Shown piece after piece: positions 1-9,818 of a stretch of DNA of 59,230 nt. Location: NCBI GenBank assembly GCA_026014495.1, contig JAOZIF010000013.1:1-59230 (forward strand). Reading direction: 5' to 3'. Below the pieces are notes generated by a model. That model was not told the DNA's origin, did not search any database, and worked only from the letters and a program-made list of their open reading frames with translations. Position 1 is the stretch's first letter, and each line of letters begins with the position of its first letter. The DNA is from Candidatus Bathyarchaeum sp. (GTDB lineage: Archaea; Thermoproteota; Bathyarchaeia; Bathyarchaeales; Bathyarchaeaceae). The translations under genes and the position numbers were made by a program.

Positions 1-54
1 TCATGGAGGCCTTTGGAGCCTCTGACGGGAGTTCGAATCTCCCCCGGGCTACCA
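1..54 (+). tRNA. tRNA-Gln(UUG), 5' part cut off by the window edge
   Basis: Anticodon arm GAGGC-CTTTGGA-GCCTC, T arm GGGAG-TTCGAAT-CTCCC, 3' acceptor strand CCGGGCT-A-CCA (U72, typical of archaeal tRNA-Gln). Confidence 0.93.
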
Positions 55-103
55 CATTGCATGACACAATTTCTCTTTTGGACTTCAAGTTTCCATTGAT
101 GCC

Positions 104-862
104 TCAGAACAGTGGTTCAGACGCAACAGAAGCCCAAAGCCTTTCCGCATCTTTTTCTTGTGTTTTTGTTCCAGTAACTGCAAGGAGGTAGCTTCCTTCT
201 GCACCGCAGACTCCGCCGCTTGCAATCAGTTCTGCAGTGGCGCCTGTCAATTGTTTTATGGCCTCGATTTCGGTGAACACTTGACTTGGAACAAGAAACA
301 TGCGGTAGCCGTCTGCTTCGGGTGCGTTCAGTTTTTCGGTTAAGGCGTGAAGGTCAGTGTTGACGCGTTTTTCCAAGCCCACTGGAATAATTAACTTCAC
401 GCGGCGCCCAGCCACAGCCTGCATTGCCAAAGCAATAGTTCCCGCTTTTGGGTGTCCAATCAGGACCGCTGCCTGTTTGCGTTTCATGTCTAGCGCGTTT
501 GCGCCTTTCAAAATCACGTCGCCTTCCTTTAGAGAGTCCACTACGTCTCCGATTGTTTTTCCTTTTTGCCATACGCCATCTGTTATGATTACGTCGCCTG
601 GAAACTTGCTTTCGTCTTCCAATCTTCCTTCTGTAGTTACGGTTCCGCTTGGCGGCAGGGTGATTCCTCTGAAAAAATGTGTTTTGGAAAATCCTTTGAT
701 GTCAAGATGTTTGAGAATTTCTTCGGCTACGTATCCGTTTGTGGTGCCTGCGATGATGGCCAGTGTACCCTTTTTGAGGGTGCTCAAGACTTGTGGGTTA
801 GCTGCTAGTGCTTTAGCGATTAGCCGTTTTCCTGCTGATGGCGTAAATGTAAGTTGCTTCAT
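104..862 (-). CDS. Conserved hypothetical soluble alpha/beta protein
   Basis: Long protein-like ORF with Gly-rich motifs (AIIAGTTNGY, VILKGANALD). ATG at 862 is preferred; the track starts at GTG 871. Family not recognised. Confidence 0.75.
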   Translation of the reverse strand: MKQLTFTPSAGKRLIAKALAANPQVLSTLKKGTLAIIAGTTNGYVAEEILKHLDIKGFSKTHFFRGITLPPSGTVTTEGRLEDESKFPGDVIITDGVWQKGKTIGDVVDSLKEGDVILKGANALDMKRKQAAVLIGHPKAGTIALAMQAVAGRRVKLIIPVGLEKRVNTDLHALTEKLNAPEADGYRMFLVPSQVFTEIEAIKQLTGATAELIASGGVCGAEGSYLLAVTGTKTQEKDAERLWASVASEPLF

Positions 863-1101
863 TAAAACCACTTTCTTGTTGTGTTTAGCTATTACAGAGC
901 ATATGCATTAAAGCTTAATCCTGAAGACGCCCACTAGACGTGAATCTCTTCGGGTACAATTGTATATTAATTCAAAGATGCAATACCCTTCTGTTTTAAC
1001 ATCGGAACCTTGAACGAAACAAAAACCTGAATTCAGAAAAGAAAATAAAGACACGGTGATACACATCCTTAAAACGCAAAACAAGAATGTGGTGTGTATT
1101 A

Positions 1102-2592
1102 ATGAAACTGTCAAGAAATCGTTTAGCTGTTGCACTTCTTATAATGTTGATTGTAACAGTCGCCGTTATCAGTTATACTTTGTTTGAAAGCACCACTTCA
1201 AAACAGTTCTATGTTGGTGTTACATACTGCGGAAATTCTGAGCAGGAAGCAATGCTTCTAATCGATAAAGTCAAAGACTACAGCAACCTGTTTGTTTTGC
1301 AGTCTGGTTCGTTGCAGTATAACCTTGCTGCGGTGGAACAGATATGCGATTACGCAGTTAATTCGGGGTTAAATGTAATTGTTTATTTTAGCGTGAACGA
1401 AGTCCAACAAAATGCTTCCATCTCCTTTGTCAATACTGCACAGGAACGTTGGGGCAACAACTTCTTGGGCTTGTATTTTGGAGATGAACCTGGAGGGAAA
1501 ATGCTCGGGTCTCTCTTGGGCTGGGGTCAGTCTCCCATGGACTTGGGTTATATCCCTAGTTTAGGCGGCAATTTCTCTATGAGCTACCTTGGTTTTTCTG
1601 TCAAACAACAAAATGGCTCTATTGCAATTACAAGAACATTTGAGTTTTCAGGTGAAATCCATTTAACTTACATGGACGTAGTTAATTCAAATACCACAAG
1701 CATAACTTATTTTACAAATGGCACAATCAGAAGGGGCTACAGCTTTTTTGGGGATGATGCTGCAATAAATGAATTTTTGATATACTATCCAAACGGTACT
1801 GTTACATTGCAAAAAGGTGCGTCAGCCCCCTATATAGTTACAGACAGGGGAAATATTTCTCAGTTTGAACCATACCAACAAGTCTGGGATTCACGCACAC
1901 TTCCAACATATGATGAGATAGCAACGGCGCATATCGAAAGTAAACAATCACCACTAGAGTGGATACACAATAAAGTTGAAGTTAACATTTTCACTTCTGA
2001 TTTCGCTCTTTACTGGTGGGATTATCAAATCGGTTATGACATTGTTCTCGCACAGCTCGGCTGGAACCACACTTTAGCTCAGGATATAGCGTTAGTGCGA
2101 GGCGCAGCGCAGACGCAAAACAAGAATTGGGGTACAATAATCACATGGAAATACAATAATTCGCCCTACTTGGACAGCGGCGAAGCAATCTACGAACAGA
2201 TGCGTATGTCATATGAATGTGGAGCAGAATACGTCATAATTTTCAACTACGCCGAAGACATGCAGGGACCATACGGAACATTACAAGAAGAGCACTTTCA
2301 GGCATTAGAACGATTCTGGAATGAGGTTGTAAGCTCGCCTGAAGTTAAACAGGGGTCAGTTAAAGCTGAGGCAGTTCTGGTTTTGCCCAGAAACTATGGA
2401 TGGGGCATGCGGAATCCTGATGATACACTCTGGGGATTATGGAACGGTGACGAAAACTCACAGCAAATATGGCAGATTTCACGTAATCTTCTTGACCAGT
2501 ATGACTATGGTTTGGACATAGTTTATGATGACCCAGCGTACCCTGTCAATGGAAAATACAGCAAAATTTTCTATTGGAACCAAACAAGTTAA
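1102..2592 (+). CDS. Membrane-anchored/secreted protein, possibly glycoside-hydrolase-like barrel
   Basis: N-terminal hydrophobic helix, many N-x-S/T sequons, LYFGDEPGG motif, Trp/Tyr-rich. ATG 1102 follows GTGGTG (track start 1087). Confidence 0.7.
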   Translation: MKLSRNRLAVALLIMLIVTVAVISYTLFESTTSKQFYVGVTYCGNSEQEAMLLIDKVKDYSNLFVLQSGSLQYNLAAVEQICDYAVNSGLNVIVYFSVNEVQQNASISFVNTAQERWGNNFLGLYFGDEPGGKMLGSLLGWGQSPMDLGYIPSLGGNFSMSYLGFSVKQQNGSIAITRTFEFSGEIHLTYMDVVNSNTTSITYFTNGTIRRGYSFFGDDAAINEFLIYYPNGTVTLQKGASAPYIVTDRGNISQFEPYQQVWDSRTLPTYDEIATAHIESKQSPLEWIHNKVEVNIFTSDFALYWWDYQIGYDIVLAQLGWNHTLAQDIALVRGAAQTQNKNWGTIITWKYNNSPYLDSGEAIYEQMRMSYECGAEYVIIFNYAEDMQGPYGTLQEEHFQALERFWNEVVSSPEVKQGSVKAEAVLVLPRNYGWGMRNPDDTLWGLWNGDENSQQIWQISRNLLDQYDYGLDIVYDDPAYPVNGKYSKIFYWNQTS

Positions 2593-2710
2593 GGTCAATT
2601 TTTGCTTGCTATAGGTTCGTTAATTTCTTGTCATTCACTGTAGCAGTCAATTGTGGAACTTTTGGAGCCTTTGATTGGGTTATAATTTCTTGTGGGTATC
2701 CATTTTGAGT

Positions 2711-3499
2711 TTAATTTATTGCTGCTATTGGCTTGATTGGTATTATGTTCGCTATTTTGTTGTGGTAGTTCACTGTTACTTCAACGCCATAAACTGATTG
2801 TATGCCATCGGGAGTTAGCACTGAAGATGCATTGCCCGCGGCGAATATTTTTCCGTTTTTCATCATGACGATTTTGTCACAATATCTGGATGCTAGATTT
2901 AGGTCGTGAATTGCAACTACTGCAGCAAGTTTTTGTTTTGTGACTAGCTCGTGTGCTAGTTCCATTACTTCTAGTTGGTGTTTTATGTCAAGGTTGCTTG
3001 TTGGTTCGTCTAACAGTAGAACTTTTGCTTCTTGGGCTACTGATCTTGCAATGAGGGCTCTTTGTTGTTCTCCGCCGCTTAATTCGTTGAAGTTGCGTAA
3101 TGCGAGGTGCTCGATTCCTAGGAGAGCTAGGACTTGCCATGTTTTTTCAACATCTTTTTGGCTGCTTTGCCATGCGATGTGTGGTCTTCTACCCATTAGA
3201 ACGATTTCGAAGACTGTTAGTGCTTGAGGGCTAACTGAGTTTTGTGGAACGTATCCTACATGTTTTGCGATTTGTAGTCTGCTCATTTTCTGTATTTCAT
3301 TGTCGTTGAGTATGATGCTTCCGGATTTGGGTTTGAGTATTTTGTTTATGCACTTGAGTAGCGTGGTTTTTCCTGAACCATTGGGTCCTATTATTCCAAG
3401 AATCTGTGATTCTTGGAGTTCAAAAGACACTCCGTCAAGGGATAGAGAACTGTTATAGCTAAATGTAACGTCGCTGACTGTTAGTTTCATTTTGGTCAA
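2711..3499 (-). CDS. Iron-siderophore/cobalamin ABC transporter ATP-binding protein (FepC/BtuD type)
   Basis: Walker A GPNGSGKTT, signature LSGGEQQR, Walker B LLLDEPT, HDLNLA. Confidence 0.95.
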   Translation of the reverse strand: MTKMKLTVSDVTFSYNSSLSLDGVSFELQESQILGIIGPNGSGKTTLLKCINKILKPKSGSIILNDNEIQKMSRLQIAKHVGYVPQNSVSPQALTVFEIVLMGRRPHIAWQSSQKDVEKTWQVLALLGIEHLALRNFNELSGGEQQRALIARSVAQEAKVLLLDEPTSNLDIKHQLEVMELAHELVTKQKLAAVVAIHDLNLASRYCDKIVMMKNGKIFAAGNASSVLTPDGIQSVYGVEVTVNYHNKIANIIPIKPIAAIN

Positions 3500-3561
3500 C
3501 CTATGTTCTATATGGAAACGAAAAGTATAAGTGTTACCTTTTTATGAAACAGTAACACGGT

Positions 3562-5067
3562 GTGAATAAAATGAAAAAACGTGTTACCATCGCGATAATA
3601 CTCTCACTCATAATCGTTAGCTCCGTAATAATTGCAGGATGTAGCCTAAACTGGTTCGATCAAGGTGAATCTGAATCGCCCGAAGCCGAGTCGCCAGAAA
3701 CTGAAGAACCAGAAACCGAAATACCTGATACTGAATCTCCTGAAACTGAATCACCAGAAGAAGAACAACCTGAAGTAACGCACCTAAATTTGGCTCTTGA
3801 GATTTTTGGAAACGCCAACATGGACGACACAATAGACGACAGCGACGTTACATATCTGCAGCAAATCATTGACGGAAGCGCCACTGAAACACAGTTTGCG
3901 GATGCAACCTACGACGGTAACGTAGATGAAAACGACATCGAACAAGTCAACGCCATCATAAACGGTGATGCTTCATACATCACGTTACTGGATGGCAACG
4001 GCGAACTACTAACAGTATCCCTTCCCGTAAACCGCATAGTAATCGAGTATCTTAGTAACGCTGAACTGGTTCGCATACTAGAACTTGAGGACAATGTTGT
4101 TGGAATCGATTATGCTGTTGATCAACTCAAAGAGTTCTATTTCCCAGAAAACGCTAATTTAGTCTGTGTTGGACAACTGTATACTCCCGACTACGAGGCA
4201 GTTCTCAACGTAGACCCCGACGTATTATTGACTTTCAGCAAAGCTACTGAAGAAAAAGCCGAAAAGCTACCCAGCGTTGACGTGGTCTATCTAGGATTGT
4301 ACTACCCAAACGTGACATATCCCGAGGACTCAAGCTTTGTTCAGGGCATACTAAAAGCAGGTTACATCTTTGACAGAGTAACCCAAGCACGAGCCTATGT
4401 CGATTGGATTTTAGACTTAACTGACACCCTTAGTTCCCAAACAAGCAATCTTGCAGAAACTGAAAAACATTCAGTGTTCATAACAAACTACCCATACGAC
4501 GGCGCCGCTACAACAGTTAAAGCATATGTTACAATTGACACGCTAGGTCAGGTGTGTATCTTAGCTGGAGGCGCAAACATAGGGCAATCTTTGTCGGGTT
4601 ATTTTGATTCATCGTCAATTGCAGTTGATGCAGAATGGTTAATTGAATCAAATCCTGAATACATTTTCTTGCATACAGTACAGTACACTTATAGTGGCAT
4701 AGCGAAAGGTGACCCTAACCATGGCTATAATATTGACAACGCAACCAGCATAATGACCTGCGTAGGTGAATACCTCACCCAACCAGAATTTGCAAACATA
4801 GACGCCATAAAGAACGGAAACGTCTACATCATCGCAGGAGACTTCAGAAACAATGCAATGGGCGGCACTTTAGGCGCTGTTTACATGGCAAAGATACTTC
4901 ATCCTGATGTGTTTACTGACTTAGACCCCGAAGCAATACACCAAGAATACATAACACGATTCCTGCGTTTGGACTACAGCTTAGATGAGCACGGAATCTT
5001 TATGTATCCTACCATAAACACTACTGGCGATTTGATGGGAATACCAGACAGCTATGCGGTAGACTAA
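3562..5067 (+). CDS. Class III (Fe/B12) ABC substrate-binding protein with N-terminal dockerin-like domain
   Basis: Signal peptide ending IIAGC, acidic linker, paired Ca-loop motifs GNANMDDTIDDSD / ADATYDGNVDEND, then PxxRIV, PDYEAVLNVDPDV and AIKNGNVY segments. Confidence 0.85.
   Translation: MNKMKKRVTIAIILSLIIVSSVIIAGCSLNWFDQGESESPEAESPETEEPETEIPDTESPETESPEEEQPEVTHLNLALEIFGNANMDDTIDDSDVTYLQQIIDGSATETQFADATYDGNVDENDIEQVNAIINGDASYITLLDGNGELLTVSLPVNRIVIEYLSNAELVRILELEDNVVGIDYAVDQLKEFYFPENANLVCVGQLYTPDYEAVLNVDPDVLLTFSKATEEKAEKLPSVDVVYLGLYYPNVTYPEDSSFVQGILKAGYIFDRVTQARAYVDWILDLTDTLSSQTSNLAETEKHSVFITNYPYDGAATTVKAYVTIDTLGQVCILAGGANIGQSLSGYFDSSSIAVDAEWLIESNPEYIFLHTVQYTYSGIAKGDPNHGYNIDNATSIMTCVGEYLTQPEFANIDAIKNGNVYIIAGDFRNNAMGGTLGAVYMAKILHPDVFTDLDPEAIHQEYITRFLRLDYSLDEHGIFMYPTINTTGDLMGIPDSYAVD
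3673..3777 (+). repeat. Seven imperfect 15-bp tandem units encoding E-x-P-E-T-like pentapeptides
   Basis: GAATCGCCCGAAGCC, GAGTCGCCAGAAACT, GAAGAACCAGAAACC, GAAATACCTGATACT, GAATCTCCTGAAACT, GAATCACCAGAAGAA, GAACAACCTGAAGTA. Confidence 0.85.
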
Positions 5068-5142
5068 CCGCTTTATATCCCTTTTTTTCTTAGAAATATA
5101 TGAACCCTTTTTGTAATACAAAATGAAGAGGTTAAACAAACA

Positions 5143-5946
5143 TTGGGACTAATAAACTGGCAGGAACTATGGGAAATCAAACTCCAAAGTGCTCACCGGA
5201 CAGAACTTAACACTGTAGATTTTTGGGACAAACGTGCAAAAGGCTTTAACGAAAACATGTCACAGATGCAAAACTTGACGAAAAACCAGTTAGAAAGAAT
5301 ACAGCTAAAGCCTGAATATACTGTACTGGATGTTGGTGCGGGAGCTGGAAGATTAACAATACCTATCGCTAAACGCGTTAAACACGTTACAGCAATAGAG
5401 CCGTCAGTAAACATGTTTTCTATTTTAAAATCAAACACAACAAAAGAGAACCTGCAAAACATCACTGCCCTTAACCGTTCTTGTGAAGACTTACTTTTGG
5501 AAGATGCTGTTCAGCCACATGATGTTGTGGTTGCTTCTTTTTCTTTGTTTATGGTCAACATTGCACATGTATTAGAAAAGATGGATACGCTAGCAAACAA
5601 AACTGTATACATTTTCGTGTCCGCTTCAACGTGGATGCATGACGAACTGCAAAAAATCGTGAACGGAGACGTATCACCCATCAAGTCAAGTGACTACATC
5701 TATGTTTACAACATTCTTCACGATTTAGGCATACTTGCCAATGTTGACATCTGGAGTTCCGACTCTACACACTGCTACCACAATTTAGATGACGCCACAT
5801 CAAAATTTGGTGAAATGTACAACATAGCAGCCAACAAAAAAGCAGACCTTAGAGCATACCTTAACAAACATTTGGTAAAAGAAGACAAAAAACTTTGTTT
5901 AAAGCATGAACGGAAGACAGCGATGATATGGTGGACAAAAACCTAG
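5143..5946 (+). CDS. Class I SAM-dependent methyltransferase
   Basis: Motif I VLDVGAGAG, motif II AIEPS, FWDKRA N-terminus; lies between the binding protein and the permease. Confidence 0.9.
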   Translation: MGLINWQELWEIKLQSAHRTELNTVDFWDKRAKGFNENMSQMQNLTKNQLERIQLKPEYTVLDVGAGAGRLTIPIAKRVKHVTAIEPSVNMFSILKSNTTKENLQNITALNRSCEDLLLEDAVQPHDVVVASFSLFMVNIAHVLEKMDTLANKTVYIFVSASTWMHDELQKIVNGDVSPIKSSDYIYVYNILHDLGILANVDIWSSDSTHCYHNLDDATSKFGEMYNIAANKKADLRAYLNKHLVKEDKKLCLKHERKTAMIWWTKT

Positions 5947-7010
5947 CAGCTACATCTTCTGATGCTGAAACAGAAAAGAAAAAGTACAGAAAACTAGTTG
6001 CTAAGCGGCTGCTGTTTCTTGGCATCTGTACAATCTCTTTGTTTATTGTAGCAGGTGTTTCACTTGCTGTTGGCTCAGCCTCAATATCATTTACAGAGGC
6101 TTACGCTGCAGTTTTTAACAGGTTTTTTCCAGACTACTTCAATATTAGCTCATTGGCAGATACCGTTGTGTGGCATCTAAGATTGCCGCGGATACTAATG
6201 GCGGTGCTGGCTGGCGCAATATTTGCCATGTCCGGCTCCACAACCCAAGCAGTACTACGAAATCCGCTTGCCACCCCCTACACTCTGGGCGTTTCAGCAG
6301 GCGCTGGGCTAGGCGCATCTATTGGCATAATCTTGGGCGAAGGCATACTGGGGGAACATCTGATGATTATAGGAAACGCTTTTGTTTTCTCTTTAATTCC
6401 CGCTTTCGTAATTATGCTAATGATTAAACGCAGAGGAGCAGAACCTGCAACTATAATATTGTCTGGAGTTGCTGTGATGTACGTTTTTTCTGCCTGCAAT
6501 ACTTTGCTTCAGTACTTTGCAGAGGCTAACGCTGTTAGCGCTGCGGTGTTCTGGCTTGTAGGCGACCTGTCCCGAGCAGCTTGGTGGCAGTTGCCTTATG
6601 TGTTTGTTGTGTTTGTTGCGTGTTTGGCAATTAATATCAAACTGTCATGGGACCTTAACCTCATGAAGATGGGAGACGATACCGCAAAAAGCTTGGGCGT
6701 AGAAGTAGACCGTGACAGAAAAATCGTTTTAATTGCTGCATGCGTATCTACCGCAACTGTGGTCAGTTTCACAGGCGCCATCGGCTTCATATGCCTGCTT
6801 GCACCCCACATCTGCCGCGCAATTATCGGCGGAGATGAACGGTTCTTAATCTTAGCTTCATGCCTTTTTGGTGCAAACCTGTTGCTGGTTGCTGATTTGA
6901 TAGCCCGAAGAGTTATCGCGCCAATAATGCTGCCCGTAGGAGCACTAACAGCGTTTCTAGGTGGTCCCTTGCTGCTTTATTTGCTGATACGCCGAAAGAT
7001 TTCTTATTGA
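5928..7010 (+). CDS. FecCD/BtuC-family ABC permease
   Basis: LRLPRI, RNPLATPYTLGVSAGA, AKSLGVE, GAIGFICLLAPHI motifs; multiple TM helices. Confidence 0.95.
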   Translation: MVDKNLAATSSDAETEKKKYRKLVAKRLLFLGICTISLFIVAGVSLAVGSASISFTEAYAAVFNRFFPDYFNISSLADTVVWHLRLPRILMAVLAGAIFAMSGSTTQAVLRNPLATPYTLGVSAGAGLGASIGIILGEGILGEHLMIIGNAFVFSLIPAFVIMLMIKRRGAEPATIILSGVAVMYVFSACNTLLQYFAEANAVSAAVFWLVGDLSRAAWWQLPYVFVVFVACLAINIKLSWDLNLMKMGDDTAKSLGVEVDRDRKIVLIAACVSTATVVSFTGAIGFICLLAPHICRAIIGGDERFLILASCLFGANLLLVADLIARRVIAPIMLPVGALTAFLGGPLLLYLLIRRKISY

Positions 7011-7087
7011 ATTGTTGTTTTAGACTGGTTCAGTTGGTGTTATCCTTTTTTAACGTCATTGAAGTATAGAATTGATGGTAATGTATT

Positions 7088-8107
7088 ATGGGCTTCTTGC
7101 CAGGTAAGGTTCCAAACGAGGTTTTGGAGAAGATAGTTTTCAAAAACTTGGGCGCCAAAAGAGATGATGTTGTTCTTAGTTCATCTATAGGCGAAGATGC
7201 AGCCATAGTTAAAGCTGGAAACGAGGTTTTAGCGGTTTCGTCAGACCCGATAACAGGAGCCGAAAAGTGGCTGGGCTGGTTAGCAGTTCATGTGAGCGCT
7301 AACGACATTGCAACCCGTGGGGTTGAACCCAGATGGTTCAACTCAATTATACTGTTACCCAAAGATTCGGCAACCGAACTTGTAGAGAAGATTTGCACTC
7401 AAATGGACAAGGCAGCACGGCAACTAAGCGTTTCTATCATAGGAGGACACTGCGAAGTCACTCCTGGAATAGATCATCCAATAGTAACTGGATGCGCGAT
7501 AGGTGTTGCTGATGGCGGAAAGTATGTGACTTGTGGCGGGGCAAAAATAGGCGACAAAATAATCCTAACAAAAGGAACAGGAATAGAAGGAACCGCTATA
7601 CTTGCTTCAGACCGAAAAGAAGAGCTTCTAGATGTTTTTGATGAAAGCTTCTTGAAGAAAGCGGAAAGTTTCTTTGAAAGAATCAGTGTCGTGAAGGATG
7701 CTCTTACAGCGTTTAGAATTGGAGGCGTTTCAGCGATGCATGATCCCACTGAGGGCGGAGTCGCGGGTGGATTGCATGAGTTGGCTGACGCCGCAAACGT
7801 TGGTTTCAACGTTTATGAAAAGAAAATTTTGGTTCCTGAAGAGACACGCAAAATCTGTGAATATTTTGGTGTTGACCCTCTTCAACTCATAAGCTCTGGC
7901 TCGCTTTTGGTTGTTGCTAAAGAAGAGAAAACAGAGCAGATACTCAGCGGTTTGCCAAAGAATGGTGTTGAAGCTTCGGTGATTGGTGAGATTGTTGATC
8001 TTGCTTTGGGAAGAAACTTGTTCACATCAGCTGGAGAAAAAACTGAGCTTGTCCGACCTGACAGTGACCATCTTTGGAAAGCGCTAGAAAAGAATGCAAA
8101 AACCTGA
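7088..8107 (+). CDS. AIR synthase-related protein (HypE/ThiL/PurM superfamily)
   Basis: GEDAAI, SSDPITG, SANDIA, GGHCEVT, AMHDPTEGG motifs. Confidence 0.88.
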   Translation: MGFLPGKVPNEVLEKIVFKNLGAKRDDVVLSSSIGEDAAIVKAGNEVLAVSSDPITGAEKWLGWLAVHVSANDIATRGVEPRWFNSIILLPKDSATELVEKICTQMDKAARQLSVSIIGGHCEVTPGIDHPIVTGCAIGVADGGKYVTCGGAKIGDKIILTKGTGIEGTAILASDRKEELLDVFDESFLKKAESFFERISVVKDALTAFRIGGVSAMHDPTEGGVAGGLHELADAANVGFNVYEKKILVPEETRKICEYFGVDPLQLISSGSLLVVAKEEKTEQILSGLPKNGVEASVIGEIVDLALGRNLFTSAGEKTELVRPDSDHLWKALEKNAKT

Positions 8108-8112
8108 TTTTT

Positions 8113-9738
8113 TTAGAATTCTGGTTTTGTTTTTCCAAGTTTTTTGTCTAGGCATGCTTTGATGAAGCCGTAGTATTCTGGTTCTGGTTTAGTTGGTCTG
8201 CTTTTGAATTCGCCGTGGAACTGTGAGGCAAAGAAAAAGAAGTTGCTAGGTAATTCTAGAATCTCTTTTCTTCTCGCGTCGGGACTGTTTCCTGAGAAAA
8301 TAATTCCCTGCTCCTCTAAAGCACTCCAGTAGTCTGGATTGACTTCCCATCTGTGGCGGTGTCGCTCAAAAATTGTGTCTACCCCATAGAGCCTGTGTGC
8401 TATTGTGTCTTTGTGTACCCGAACTTCGTGGGCACCTAAACGCATGGTTCCACCTTTGTTGTTAACTGTTTTTTGTTCAGGCATTAAGTCAATCACTGGA
8501 TGAGGCGTATCTGGATTTATTTCGGTGCTGTTGGCTCCAGTGAATCCGCAAACGTTTCGGGCAAATTCAACGACTGCTAATTGGAATCCGTAGCAGACTC
8601 CAAGGAAAGGAATGTTGTTTTCGCGGGCAAACTGGATGCCCTTAATTTTTCCCTCAGTTCCTCTTGGTCCAAACCCGTAGGGAATGAAGATTCCATCATG
8701 CCCCTCAAGAAGCTTTAGTCCATCTGAGTTGTTTTCTAAGCATTCTGCTTCAATGTAATCTACCGTCACTTTTGTTTGACACGCAGCGCCAGAGTGCCTG
8801 AATGCTTCGTTCATGCTCACGTAGCTGTCAGTTAAACCTGCGTATTTGCCGATTAGAGCTATTTTTACTTCGTATTGGGGGTTTTCAAAGCAGTCTACAA
8901 ACTTTTTCCATTCACTCCATTCTGGAGCTTTTTTGGATATGCCTAATCTGTTGCAAACATAGTCGCCCATACCTTGTTTATCCAAGATTAATGGGACTTT
9001 GTAAATTGATGGAACATCATATGAACAGAAAACCGCCTCTTTGGGGATTGTACCAAACAGTGCTACCTTTCTTAGTGTTTCATCATCAATCATGTCCCTG
9101 CATCGGGCTACGATAGTGTCAGGTTGGATACCTATTCTGCGTAACTCGTTTACGCTGTGCTGAAGAGGCTTGGTTTTCATTTCACCTGTGACATCCAAAA
9201 TTGGAATTAGGGCAAGGTGCACGTAGAGTGTGTTATCAAAGCCTTCTTCTAGGCGCATCTGGCGTATAGCTTCCAGAAATGGCAAGCCTTCAATGTCGCC
9301 TACTGTTCCACCAAGTTCGGTTAAGACAGTATCTGCCTTTGATTTCTCGGCGACAGTGCGGATTCGCCGTTTTATTTCGTTAGTTACGTGTGGAACAATC
9401 TGGACGCATCTGCCTAGAAAGTCTCCGCGTCGTTCTCGGTCTATGACGGTTTGGTATATTTGTCCTGTTGTTACGTTGTTGTCTTTTGGCATGTTAGCGT
9501 CAAGAAACCGTTCATAACCGCCTAGGTCAAGGTCGGTTTCGCCTCCATCCTCTGTAACGAATACTTCGCCGTGGATGTAGGGGTTCATGGTTCCTGCGTC
9601 AACGTTCACGTAAGGGTCAACTTTGATGACTGTAACATCAACGCCTCTAACCTGAAGCATTTTGCCTATAGAAGAAGTAACAATTCCCTTACCAACAGAG
9701 GAAAGCACACCACCCGTTACAAAAATATACTTGACCAT
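8113..9738 (-). CDS. pyrG: CTP synthase
   Basis: KYIFVTGGVLSSVGKG, GEVFVTEDGGETDLDLG, glutaminase GVCYGFQ, ERHRHR, QFHGE. Confidence 0.98.
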   Translation of the reverse strand: MVKYIFVTGGVLSSVGKGIVTSSIGKMLQVRGVDVTVIKVDPYVNVDAGTMNPYIHGEVFVTEDGGETDLDLGGYERFLDANMPKDNNVTTGQIYQTVIDRERRGDFLGRCVQIVPHVTNEIKRRIRTVAEKSKADTVLTELGGTVGDIEGLPFLEAIRQMRLEEGFDNTLYVHLALIPILDVTGEMKTKPLQHSVNELRRIGIQPDTIVARCRDMIDDETLRKVALFGTIPKEAVFCSYDVPSIYKVPLILDKQGMGDYVCNRLGISKKAPEWSEWKKFVDCFENPQYEVKIALIGKYAGLTDSYVSMNEAFRHSGAACQTKVTVDYIEAECLENNSDGLKLLEGHDGIFIPYGFGPRGTEGKIKGIQFARENNIPFLGVCYGFQLAVVEFARNVCGFTGANSTEINPDTPHPVIDLMPEQKTVNNKGGTMRLGAHEVRVHKDTIAHRLYGVDTIFERHRHRWEVNPDYWSALEEQGIIFSGNSPDARRKEILELPSNFFFFASQFHGEFKSRPTKPEPEYYGFIKACLDKKLGKTKPEF

Positions 9739-9818
9739 CTAGTAAGACCTCACAATAATAAACCCCTAAAACGTGTTTGCCGTTAAAAATGCTTTCGACA
9801 AGATAATGTATTGTGCGA

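Noticed and set aside
1-7010. Integrated element at tRNA-Gln or at the tRNA-Leu/Arg locus
   Set aside because: No integrase, no duplicated tRNA 3' end (att site), and no viral or plasmid genes in the window.
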